Notes: generated by a model not told the origin, from the sequence alone. Positions 17,761 through 26,176 are shown, counted from the stretch's first letter. The stretch is 64,000 nucleotides of DNA from an uncultured Dehalococcoidia bacterium (GCA_937975645.1 CALJTV010000036.1:39622-103621), one strand, 5' to 3'. A program made the numbers and translations.

Positions 17761-18637
17761 GTTTCAAGCCTCCTTGGTATCTATCTAGAGATTCAAAAAT
17801 CCGCTGCCACAGGGACTCTATCTGTCTGACAGTACCATTAGAACAGTTTTCCACCAGCGGAATTCCCCTGGCAATTGATTCGGTAAACGCATCGTCGAAG
17901 GGGATTTTGCCAGCAATAGTCAGCTTCTGACTGTAACAGTACTCCTCAATCTTGCGGCTGTTCTCTTCATTAACATCATATTTGTTGATACACACCAGAG
18001 GGGAGACGCCGAAATGCCGACACACCCCCAGTACCCTCTCCAAATCGTGTATCCCAGAGAGTGTCGGCTCGGTAACCACAAGCGCCAGGTTTGCCCCAGA
18101 CAATGAGGAAATGACCGGACAACCGATCCCAGGGGGACCATCGCTGATTATCAAGTCAAACCTGTCTTTTTGAGCTATCTGCTTTGCCTGCTGCCTGATC
18201 AAAGCTACCAATTTTCCTGAATTCTGCTGCGCTATTCCCAGCCTGGCATGCACCAAAGGACCATAACGGGTGTCCGAAACGAACCAGTGCCCGGAAAGTT
18301 TGTCCTGCATTGTGATCGCTCCCACAGGACAGACATGAAAGCAAAAGCCACAACCCTCACAGGATTTAGCGTCAACTCTAAAATCACGGATAGCCTGGAA
18401 GCGACACAGTTGCTGGCACAAGCCGCACTGCGTGCACTTGTCACCTTCAATGATGGCAATTTGTCCCGTCCAGAACTCGTGGCTTTCGCGTCTGGTCGGC
18501 TGCAGGACAAGGTGCAGGTCGGCAGCATCTACATCGCAATCGCAAAGCACTTCGCTGCTAGCTAGAGCAGCAAAAGAGGCAACAAGGCTAGTCTTGCCAG
18601 TGCCCCCCTTACCGCTTAATACGACCAGTTCCTTCAT
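17741..18637 (-). CDS. MinD/ParA-superfamily P-loop ATPase with inserted 2x[4Fe-4S] ferredoxin domain
   Basis: GKGGTGKTS is present, together with CTQCGLCQQLC and CEGCGFCFHVCP. The start is set at ATG 18637, with GGAGA 8 nt upstream. Confidence 0.8.
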   Translation of the reverse strand: MKELVVLSGKGGTGKTSLVASFAALASSEVLCDCDVDAADLHLVLQPTRRESHEFWTGQIAIIEGDKCTQCGLCQQLCRFQAIRDFRVDAKSCEGCGFCFHVCPVGAITMQDKLSGHWFVSDTRYGPLVHARLGIAQQNSGKLVALIRQQAKQIAQKDRFDLIISDGPPGIGCPVISSLSGANLALVVTEPTLSGIHDLERVLGVCRHFGVSPLVCINKYDVNEENSRKIEEYCYSQKLTIAGKIPFDDAFTESIARGIPLVENCSNGTVRQIESLWQRIFESLDRYQGGLKHADLRL

Positions 18638-19475
18638 GTACCATATCTCCAATCTTATCGAAGAGCTCTATAAAATGCCGCCTCCACTCAGGTAGACCGA
18701 CAACCAGAGGGATGCCCCTGGAGTACAGCCGGGCGATTTCCATGTCGAGCGGAATGGTGAGCAAGATTGGAATACCCTCTTTCTCACAATAGTCCCTGAC
18801 CAGACCATCTTTCATCCCGGCACGGTTGATGACCACACCGCAGGGCACGTCAAACTCCCGCACCATCGACACAGCCAGCACAAGGTCGTTGAGCCCAAAT
18901 AGGGTGGGCTCGGTCACCAACAGACAGAAGTCGCTGCCCTTAACCGCCTCCACCACCGGACAGGATGTCCCCGGCGATACGTCCACGATGACAACTCCAT
19001 CCCGGTTGGCAAACTGCTTCACCTTTCTGATCACCGGCAGTGCCAGCGGCTCACCAACATTGAGTCTGCCGTGAACAAACTCCACCCCGTCTGAATTGCC
19101 CCACTCCACGACGCCGACCTCCCTCCCCACCTCGCTTATCGCCCCCTCTGGGCAAAGGTAACTACAAGCCCCGCAACCATGACATAATTCCGGAAACGTC
19201 AACACATAGCCCGGGACCACCGCAATGGCATGATAGGCACAAACCTGAGCACATTTGCCACAGTAGTTACACTTACCCTTTTCTATCTGGGGAACAGGCA
19301 TACACACGGGTTCTCTCCCGCTTATAGCTGGGTTCAGTAGCAAATGCGCATTGGGCTCCTCGACATCACAGTCAAGAAGCTGCACCCTTGCTTTCTCCTT
19401 CAAGGAGAGGGCAAGACTAGTAGCCATCAAAGTTTTGCCCGTACCCCCCTTGCCACTGGCCACAGCTATAATCAT
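18609..19475 (-). CDS. MinD/ParA-superfamily P-loop ATPase with inserted 2x[4Fe-4S] ferredoxin domain
   Basis: MIIAVASGKGGTGKT is present, together with CNYCGKCAQVC and CHGCGACSYLCP. ATG 19475 overlaps the upstream TGA (ATGA). Confidence 0.8.
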   Translation of the reverse strand: MIIAVASGKGGTGKTLMATSLALSLKEKARVQLLDCDVEEPNAHLLLNPAISGREPVCMPVPQIEKGKCNYCGKCAQVCAYHAIAVVPGYVLTFPELCHGCGACSYLCPEGAISEVGREVGVVEWGNSDGVEFVHGRLNVGEPLALPVIRKVKQFANRDGVVIVDVSPGTSCPVVEAVKGSDFCLLVTEPTLFGLNDLVLAVSMVREFDVPCGVVINRAGMKDGLVRDYCEKEGIPILLTIPLDMEIARLYSRGIPLVVGLPEWRRHFIELFDKIGDMVHEGTGRIKR

Positions 19476-19684
19476 GCTCGGACCATTCTGGTGCCACACT
19501 TGGGGCAGGTCACCTGATGACACGGCGTGCCTGCCTGGTGCGGCACTTTATGACCACAACTGGGACAAACACACTCCCCACCGGGACCAGCACCGGGGCA
19601 GTTGCCACGCTCCCTTTTACCACATCCTCTTCCCGTGCCGGAACCGCTCCCCCATGGCGGTCCCATGCTGTCTCCCCTAGGCAT
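19472..19684 (-). CDS. Small Gly/Arg-rich protein with C-terminal Cys4 zinc ribbon (DUF5320-like N-terminus)
   Basis: MPRGDSMGPPWGSGSGTGRGCGKRERGNCPGAGPGGECVCPSCGHKVPHQAGTPCHQVTCPKCGTRMVRA. The start at ATG 19684 follows GAGGAGGTG. Confidence 0.65.
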   Translation of the reverse strand: MPRGDSMGPPWGSGSGTGRGCGKRERGNCPGAGPGGECVCPSCGHKVPHQAGTPCHQVTCPKCGTRMVRA

Positions 19685-20255
19685 CACTACACCTCCTCTG
19701 TGTCTTATCTCGCTCTTTGCCTTCGCCACCGCTTTCAAGCGTCTTTACCCTCGCTTGGATCTCCTCAAGCTGCTTCGCCAGCAGCTGCGACTGCGCTTTC
19801 AGTGCCGAAAGCTCCTGCTGCAGGCTTTCTGGATTCAACGTCGAACCAGTTGTCCGGCTGCCCCGAGCTACCCATCCCCTACCAGGCATGCTGCCGGTGC
19901 CGAAGTGTGGAAGCACATTGGGCTGTGAACTTGCCTGATGTTTCCCTCTCTTGTAGTCCTGAATAGCATCCCTTATTTTACCGGAGACACCCGTTACCAC
20001 TTCGATACCAGATGAGGACAGCACCTGATAGGCGTTAGGTCCACAGTTCCCGGTGAGCACTGCCTTCACACCCTTCCCGGCAATCATCTGTGCCGCTGCA
20101 ATCCCGGCTCCGCCAGAAGCAGCCGAGCTGGAATTAGCCACAGCCTCGAACTGCAGTGTCTCTAGGTCGACGATGACAAAATATTGGCACCGCCCAAAAC
20201 GAGGGTCCACCTCGCTGTCGAGGCTAGCATCCACAGCCGAAACGGCAACTTTCAT
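19677..20255 (-). CDS. NifB/NifX-family domain fused to a Gly/Arg segment and C-terminal coiled coil
   Basis: The N-terminus is MKVAVSAVDASLDSEVDPRFGRCQYFVIVD... The C-terminus contains LQQELSALKAQSQLLAKQLEEIQARVKTLE. The junction with the upstream gene is TAATG. Confidence 0.75.
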   Translation of the reverse strand: MKVAVSAVDASLDSEVDPRFGRCQYFVIVDLETLQFEAVANSSSAASGGAGIAAAQMIAGKGVKAVLTGNCGPNAYQVLSSSGIEVVTGVSGKIRDAIQDYKRGKHQASSQPNVLPHFGTGSMPGRGWVARGSRTTGSTLNPESLQQELSALKAQSQLLAKQLEEIQARVKTLESGGEGKERDKTQRRCSDA

Positions 20256-20587
20256 TACTTCAACTCCTGGCTCAATTCCTTTACCCTGGCTTCAATCCGC
20301 TCCAGTTCCTCCCTTATCGCCTCTGCCTGCTCCTTTAGATAATTGAGCTCCTCTTCCTTGCTCATCGGCGGAGTGAAAGGGGCATAGCTAGGAAAGGGAC
20401 TGCGGGCATAGCGGGGGGAATAACCAGGCGGATAAGCCCACGGGGCTATACCTCCCCAGCCGAGGAAATAACCGCACCTGGGCAGACCACCCCTGCCTAC
20501 CCCCACAAAGGGCCACGGAGGTGAGGCACCACGGAAGCCAAACCCACAGCCCCTACCGAAGCCAGCACCTCGACCAAATCCATACAT
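20255..20587 (-). CDS. DUF5320-like protein (Gly/Arg/aromatic-rich N-terminus + coiled coil)
   Basis: MYGFGRGAGFGRGCGFGFRG...EEELNYLKEQAEAIREELERIEARVKEL. SD AAGGAGGTGA. Confidence 0.7.
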   Translation of the reverse strand: MYGFGRGAGFGRGCGFGFRGASPPWPFVGVGRGGLPRCGYFLGWGGIAPWAYPPGYSPRYARSPFPSYAPFTPPMSKEEELNYLKEQAEAIREELERIEARVKELSQELK

Positions 20588-20660
20588 ACTATCACCTCCT
20601 TTCCATAAACTTGTGCTTGCTTGTTCCCTAGCTAAATTTCAGCCGAAGTTCTTTGTCTTG

Positions 20661-21167
20661 TTACCATCGCCCCCTACCGCGACACCTCCCCCAACCACCA
20701 CCTACTCTCAGTACCCCCGGCGGCAACGGAATGATACCCGACGTATGGCAGGTAGGGCACACCTGCTGAGGCGCCACCACCAGAGATCCAAACGGTACCT
20801 GCCACTCATGCCCGTTGCCGCAACGGAAGCGCCGTATAATTAGCTCGAAGTTGCCCCCCTCAACCCTTATCGCCTTGCCATTAACCAGCGCATCAGCCAC
20901 CTTGCGCCTCGCCGAATTTAAAATGCGCTGGAAAGTGGGACGAGAGATATTCATCTGCTGAGCACACTCCTCCTGCTCCAGACCTTCTATATCTTTGAGC
21001 CGCAGGGCTTCCAGCTCCTCCACCACCAGATGAACCTCCTCCAGCATGTACAAAGGCACCGCCGTGGGTTTGAAATAGCCCACCCGCGGCAACAAGCCAA
21101 CCTTTCGCCACTTCACCGGCCTCCCCACCAGCCTTTTGTTCTCTTCCATCTCAGAAGTTTTTGGCAT
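20661..21167 (-). CDS. DUF134 (UPF0251) family putative DNA-binding protein with C-terminal Cys4 and GRG tail
   Basis: GRPVKWRKVGLLPRVGYFKP, an HTH-like 'QEECAQQMNISRPTFQRILNSARRKVA', then CGNGH...CPTCH and RVGGGWGRCRGRGRW. Confidence 0.75.
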   Translation of the reverse strand: MPKTSEMEENKRLVGRPVKWRKVGLLPRVGYFKPTAVPLYMLEEVHLVVEELEALRLKDIEGLEQEECAQQMNISRPTFQRILNSARRKVADALVNGKAIRVEGGNFELIIRRFRCGNGHEWQVPFGSLVVAPQQVCPTCHTSGIIPLPPGVLRVGGGWGRCRGRGRW

Positions 21168-21179
21168 ATGCTCATAATT

Positions 21180-21208
21180 ATTATGCCAAATTGGGGCTGG
21201 AGAGTCAA
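21180..21208 (-). promoter_or_regulatory. Putative promoter TTGACT-17-CATAAT ending 12 nt upstream of the DUF134 ATG (near-leaderless)
   Basis: On the minus strand, TTGACT lies at 21208-21203 and CATAAT at 21185-21180. The inverted repeat GGCATA/TATGCC (21163-21168 and 21182-21187) brackets the -10 box and the start codon. Confidence 0.45.
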
Positions 21209-21337
21209 GAACCGATAGGGGAGAGTGGACAGCTCGTGCCAGTCCGGTGACGGCTATGCTCGCTGGCTCAAGGAGGGGTACACCGGGCGTACCTTACCAC
21301 GGATACACCCTATCCATTTGTATGCGCCTGCTGGGCT

Positions 21338-23200
21338 CTATTGGAACTTCACCGAGTTAATAATGTCGTACTTCTGGTTCGGGGTAGTGAAGGGGAAATA
21401 AGCCGGCACGGTAAAAACCTCGATGATGACCCACTTACCGTTTCTGACCAGCCCGATAATAAGACTATCGTACTTGCCGGCTGCCCCGGTATAGGTCACC
21501 TCAGCCTGAGTTACCCTAGTGCCACCGATGGTGACCTCGCTCGCGCTAAACGTGTCGATGGTCTTACTGCCGTCGGCTGCCAGGTGCCCAGCGAATGCTG
21601 CTTTCAAATCAGCGCCTGCCGACCGGTCAAGGACGATAACTCTGACCGCAGGCACATTGTAGTTGCCGGCACCGACGCGCCAGACGACATTGGGGCCCAG
21701 GTCGCCAGCTTTTGGCACCCAGCTCCCGGGATACTGCAGGGAGAAATTATAGTCAGAATTGGTATAAGTAGCCCATTCAGCCGCTCCACTGGCAGCAGGC
21801 TGCGGTCTGTATAGACCTGTTCTTACCTCCAGAGGCTTTCCGATCCTGAGATACCGGTCAGTGGCGGCGTCATATGGTGGCCACTCCACAAGCCCTGGGA
21901 CATTGGGGTTCCCTGTCCTGGCAAATTGCACCCACATAGAGACCATTGCCTTAGCCACCTCCACATCCACAACGCACATGTCCTGCCTTTTAGTCAGGTC
22001 GGAAAACAGGTAAGTTACGCTGAGACAGTGGGTACCACCTCCAACACCGCAGGGACCATGGTCAAAGACCCAAACGTATACAGGTGACGAGACCGAACTC
22101 ATAGCCGAAGCAATGGCTTTATCGAAGTACTGGTTCCAGGAACCGGCAAGGTCGTTGCTTCCGCTACCTATCATCAGGGGTACATCGTGTTGTTTGCCTG
22201 ACTGAAAAATGTTGAGCGGGTAGTCCGGCAAAAACCATCCGTCTACATTTGGTAATTGCAAATCTGTCCCCGTGGTGCTGACAGGCACTGCTGCCACGAT
22301 CTTATCGGCACTTAGCGCGCGCAGCGCGCCGAGCAAATCAGAGGCACCGGAAACCCCCAGTCTAGCCACCAGCTCCTCTCCCCGCCTCTCCATCTCCGCC
22401 AGTGGCGGTGTGCGGCTGTTGCCATACATACCAGCATCGGCAATGGCTTTATGGAAGAGTCCTTTGCCAAAAGGCGATGCCATGAGAAACAGGACCGATT
22501 CCCCACCCGAGGAACAACCATATATAGTCACGTTCTTAGGGTCCCCACCAAAGGCAGAAATATTTCTTTGCACCCACTGAAGAGCAGCTACCTGGTCCAT
22601 AAGACCGTAATTACCAGAAACCCCCTTCTCTGATTCCTTATCAAGCAATGGGTGTGCGAAGAAGCCCAGTCCACCTAACCTATAAGCAATCGATACTGCC
22701 ACCACGTTGTTCTCCCGGGCAAAGTAAGACAGGTCGATCCGTGAAGAACCTATGACCATAGCGCCACCATGGATGTAGACGAACACCGGCAGGCGGTCAG
22801 CCGTGCTTCTGGCGGGAGTGAACACATTAAGATAAAGACAGTCTTCGCTCTGCTCCGCCTCCTGAGTCGTCAGACGCGTCCTCTGCTGGGGACAGATCGG
22901 CGCATATTCCCGGCACTCAAGGACACCTTGCCAGGGATTGACAGGTTGAGGTGGTCTCCACCTGAAATCGCCCACAGGTGGCGCTGCGAACGGTATGCCC
23001 CTGTATACCCGCACCTCCTTGCCTGCTTCCCCCACGACCACACCGGAAATGAGTCCAGCATCGGTCTTGATGGGGTCGGTTAATGGAACCGCAGTAGCCT
23101 GCTTTTCCCCACAGGAAACGGTTATCGCGCTCACCAGTACCAGCAGGGCAAGGACTGCTAACAGTCTGGAGGACAAACGGCTTCTCATGTCACTCTCCAA
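21338..23200 (-). CDS. Secreted/lipoprotein carboxylesterase type B family with extra C-terminal domain
   Basis: 'YRGIPFAAPPVGDFRWRPPQP' and the G-x-S-x-G-like 'GCSSGG' are present, with a signal peptide plus 'VSC'. The C-terminal domain of about 140 aa lies outside the esterase fold. Confidence 0.8.
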   Translation of the reverse strand: MESDMRSRLSSRLLAVLALLVLVSAITVSCGEKQATAVPLTDPIKTDAGLISGVVVGEAGKEVRVYRGIPFAAPPVGDFRWRPPQPVNPWQGVLECREYAPICPQQRTRLTTQEAEQSEDCLYLNVFTPARSTADRLPVFVYIHGGAMVIGSSRIDLSYFARENNVVAVSIAYRLGGLGFFAHPLLDKESEKGVSGNYGLMDQVAALQWVQRNISAFGGDPKNVTIYGCSSGGESVLFLMASPFGKGLFHKAIADAGMYGNSRTPPLAEMERRGEELVARLGVSGASDLLGALRALSADKIVAAVPVSTTGTDLQLPNVDGWFLPDYPLNIFQSGKQHDVPLMIGSGSNDLAGSWNQYFDKAIASAMSSVSSPVYVWVFDHGPCGVGGGTHCLSVTYLFSDLTKRQDMCVVDVEVAKAMVSMWVQFARTGNPNVPGLVEWPPYDAATDRYLRIGKPLEVRTGLYRPQPAASGAAEWATYTNSDYNFSLQYPGSWVPKAGDLGPNVVWRVGAGNYNVPAVRVIVLDRSAGADLKAAFAGHLAADGSKTIDTFSASEVTIGGTRVTQAEVTYTGAAGKYDSLIIGLVRNGKWVIIEVFTVPAYFPFTTPNQKYDIINSVKFQ

Positions 23201-23413
23201 AATCGTTGACGTTGTTCATATCATAAACAACAAATTGACCACCGTCAATAGGTGGATCCAGGTCGCTTTAGGCTGGCAATCAACAGTAAAAAGCCAAGCT
23301 CGCGACTTAAATGAGTAAACGGCTGAACTATGCTTTTATCTGATGGGCATCTGCGTTATACTTAAATGCACCACAACACTGATGTGGAGACTTCACGAAG
23401 GAGGTAGAAAGAA

Positions 23414-24037
23414 ATCAGACTCATTTTAATAAGACACGGCGAGACCCTGTGGAACAAGGAGCGGCGGGTGCAGGGCGGGGGCAGTGACACTGAACTCAGC
23501 GAAACAGGCAGAGTACAGGCACAAAGGCTCGGCGAAGCCCTAAGGGACATAAAGGTAGATGCCATCTATTCCAGCCCGTTGAAACGCGCCCTAGAAACCG
23601 CCCGCATCATCGCCAGCCACCACAAGCTCCCGGTAGAGATCGAGCCCGATTTCCGTGAGATCGAAGCCGGTGAACTGGAAGGGCTATCGCTGGCGGAATT
23701 CAGCACCAGCTTCAGTCAGTTTATTTTGCGCTGGCGGGAAGGCGCCGGACAGGAAAGGCTGCCCGGCGGGGAGAGTGTTGTTGACCTTGCCGAAAGGGTC
23801 TGGCGTGGCATTCAGCGTATTAAAGAGAAACATAACGGCGGCACAGTCATCGTCGTCAGCCACTTTTTCTGCGTCGTGGTCGCTATCTGCAAAGCACTCG
23901 GCTTGCCACTAACCACCATCGAGCGCATTCGCGTCCAGACCGGTAGCATCAGCATAGTTGACCTTGATGAAAGCCAGCCGCGGCTGGTGCTGCTTAGCGA
24001 TACCTGCCATTTACAGGACATCACAGGCGGTAGATGA
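23414..24037 (+). CDS. Histidine phosphatase (phosphoglycerate mutase-like) family protein, probable ATC start
   Basis: The catalytic 'LIRHGET' motif is encoded upstream of the first canonical start (GTG 23468). The frame is open only back to TAG 23405-23407. AAGGAGGT (23398-23405) lies 9 nt upstream of ATC 23414. Confidence 0.65.
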   Translation: MRLILIRHGETLWNKERRVQGGGSDTELSETGRVQAQRLGEALRDIKVDAIYSSPLKRALETARIIASHHKLPVEIEPDFREIEAGELEGLSLAEFSTSFSQFILRWREGAGQERLPGGESVVDLAERVWRGIQRIKEKHNGGTVIVVSHFFCVVVAICKALGLPLTTIERIRVQTGSISIVDLDESQPRLVLLSDTCHLQDITGGR

Positions 24038-25476
24038 GGGGAACAGGTCAAACAACAGCACCCCAGGCCCTGCAATACAGGGTCGCTGAATTTATTCAAA
24101 AACATCACCTGCTCCTTCCTGACGAAAGGCTGGTGGTAGCAGTGTCCGGCGGTCCCGATTCGGTCTGTCTGTTCCATGTCCTGCTCCAGTTACAAAAGAG
24201 ACTTGCACTAAAGCTGTATGTAGCCCACCTGAACCACAAACTCCGGGGTGCTGAGTCTGACGCCGATGCCACCTATGTCGCCGAGCTTGCCCGTAAATTC
24301 TCAGTACCTGCTATTATGGAAACAGAAGATGTGACTGCTTACCACAAAAAAAGCAAGGGCGGCTCTCTCGAGGAATCTGCCCGTGAACTGCGCTACGCCT
24401 TTTTCGCCCGGGTTGCCAAAAGCATCGGTGCTTCAAAAGTTGCAGTGGGCCACACCAAGGACGATAACGTGGAGACCATTCTCCTGCACTTTCTCCGAGG
24501 CACCGGCACCGCCGGACTACGGGGGCTGGCTCCCCTATCAATCCTCCGCCCGAAAGAAGACAAGCAGCCTGTAACCATCGTCCGTCCCTTACTAGAAGTA
24601 AGCCGCAATGAGACTGCCGCCTACTGCGAGGAGCACAAACTGCATCCGCGTAGTGATTCATCCAACATCTCACTAAAGTTCCAGAGAAACCGCATCCGTC
24701 TGGAACTGCTCCCGCTGCTGCGTAACTATAACCCTAACATCGATAGTGCCCTCCTCCGCCTAGCTGCCATCGCCACAGACGATACTTCTTTCCTTGAAGC
24801 ACAAGCTGATGCACTGTGGAATGGACTGGCACAAGAAAAAAATGGCACTATCTATCTGGAAACCTCCAGGCTAGCCCCAGTACCACCAGCCTTGCAAAGG
24901 CAAATATTCAGAAAGGCAGTGGAAAGGCTTAAGGGGAACATCAGGGACATCGAAGCTGACCACGTCGAAGCGATGGTCTCCTTCCTAAAAAAGCCAGCAG
25001 GCAAAAGGCTGAATTTACCGCAGGGCTTGAGCCTGTTTTCTGAATATGGGCGACTGGTATTGACTTCCTCTCCCCTCCCCCCCTGCCCCTTGCCGCCCCT
25101 CGAAGGCACTTTCCCACTCAACATCCCTGGCGAGACTACCCTATCATGGTGGCATATCACTGCTGCGATATTCGATAGCCCCCGAGGTGAAAAAGATGAC
25201 TTCGCCGCCGATCTGGATTTCGACAAATGCGGCGCCGAACTGATAGTCCGCAGCCGCTGTCCCGGCGACCGCTTCCAGCCTCTGGGTATGGCAGAGTCCA
25301 AGAAATTGCAGGACTTTATGGTCGACTGCAAAATACCCAGAACATGGCGCGATAGAGTGCCACTGGTCTGTTCTCCCACGGAAATCATCTGGGTGGTCGG
25401 TTGGAGGATAAGTGATAGTGCTAAAGTTACCATTGACACCAGGCGGGTCCTGCATTTAAAATTCAGGAGACTTTGA
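24034..25476 (+). CDS. tilS: tRNA(Ile)-lysidine synthase
   Basis: The PP-loop 'VAVSGGPDS' is present. The start overlaps the upstream stop (ATGA). Confidence 0.85.
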   Translation: MRGTGQTTAPQALQYRVAEFIQKHHLLLPDERLVVAVSGGPDSVCLFHVLLQLQKRLALKLYVAHLNHKLRGAESDADATYVAELARKFSVPAIMETEDVTAYHKKSKGGSLEESARELRYAFFARVAKSIGASKVAVGHTKDDNVETILLHFLRGTGTAGLRGLAPLSILRPKEDKQPVTIVRPLLEVSRNETAAYCEEHKLHPRSDSSNISLKFQRNRIRLELLPLLRNYNPNIDSALLRLAAIATDDTSFLEAQADALWNGLAQEKNGTIYLETSRLAPVPPALQRQIFRKAVERLKGNIRDIEADHVEAMVSFLKKPAGKRLNLPQGLSLFSEYGRLVLTSSPLPPCPLPPLEGTFPLNIPGETTLSWWHITAAIFDSPRGEKDDFAADLDFDKCGAELIVRSRCPGDRFQPLGMAESKKLQDFMVDCKIPRTWRDRVPLVCSPTEIIWVVGWRISDSAKVTIDTRRVLHLKFRRL

Positions 25477-25479
25477 GCG

Positions 25480-25737
25480 ATGCCCGCATTGAGCCCGGAG
25501 TTACGTTTGCGACGCCTGAGAGTAGACGAAGCGCTGCCGATGCTGGACGGATACCTGAACGATGCTTTCCTCAGCGGTACCCCTTCAGTGCGTATCGTCC
25601 ATGGCAAAGGCAGTGGCACTCTGCGCCGTGCCGTCCACCAGGCATTGAGCGAACATCCTCTGGTCAAGTCATTCCGCCTTGGTTGCTGGGGAGAAGGTGA
25701 TACCGGCGTTACCATCGTCGAACTGGCAAACCACTAA
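25480..25737 (+). CDS. Smr-domain protein
   Basis: 85 aa. '...VRIVHGKGSGTLRRAVHQAL' is a typical Smr motif. Confidence 0.75.
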   Translation: MPALSPELRLRRLRVDEALPMLDGYLNDAFLSGTPSVRIVHGKGSGTLRRAVHQALSEHPLVKSFRLGCWGEGDTGVTIVELANH

Positions 25738-25779
25738 GACAACAGGGCTTACCAAACAATTAAACAAGGAGGTTGCAAA

Positions 25780-26166
25780 ATGAAAAGGTTCGCTCTAGCA
25801 GCGATCGCGCTCTCAGTCCTGACAGCCACTAGCCTGCTGTCCTGTGCAGCACCTAAAGCCGCAGTCTATGTTGACCCAACTCAAACCATATTCGCCAAGG
25901 TCAATGAAGAGTTCACTATTGGCATACCAGCCAACCCCACCACCGGTTATCAGTGGACAGCCAGCCACGATACTTCGCTACTCAGCCTGGTGGGCAGCGA
26001 ATACAAAGCGTCAAAACAGGCTAAAGGACTTGTCGGCGCCGGCGGTGTGCAGTACTTTAAATTCAAAGCACTGAAGGCTGGTATGGCTAGAATTAGTTTC
26101 AGCTATCAGCGCCCCGCAGAAGGCATAGTGGTTGACATCAAGGTGTTCAACGTAGTCATAGAATAG
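25780..26166 (+). CDS. Chagasin-like (I42 family) protease-inhibitor lipoprotein
   Basis: The signal/lipobox is 'SLLSC' and the 'NPTTGYQW' motif is present. SD AAGGAGG. Confidence 0.7.
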   Translation: MKRFALAAIALSVLTATSLLSCAAPKAAVYVDPTQTIFAKVNEEFTIGIPANPTTGYQWTASHDTSLLSLVGSEYKASKQAKGLVGAGGVQYFKFKALKAGMARISFSYQRPAEGIVVDIKVFNVVIE

Positions 26167-26176
26167 ATCTTATAGA

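Noticed and set aside
23362-23565. The 67-aa minus-strand ORF overlapping the start of the histidine phosphatase gene.
   Set aside because: It is antisense to a recognisable RHG-phosphatase N-terminus, has Ser/Leu/Cys-rich composition and has no SD.
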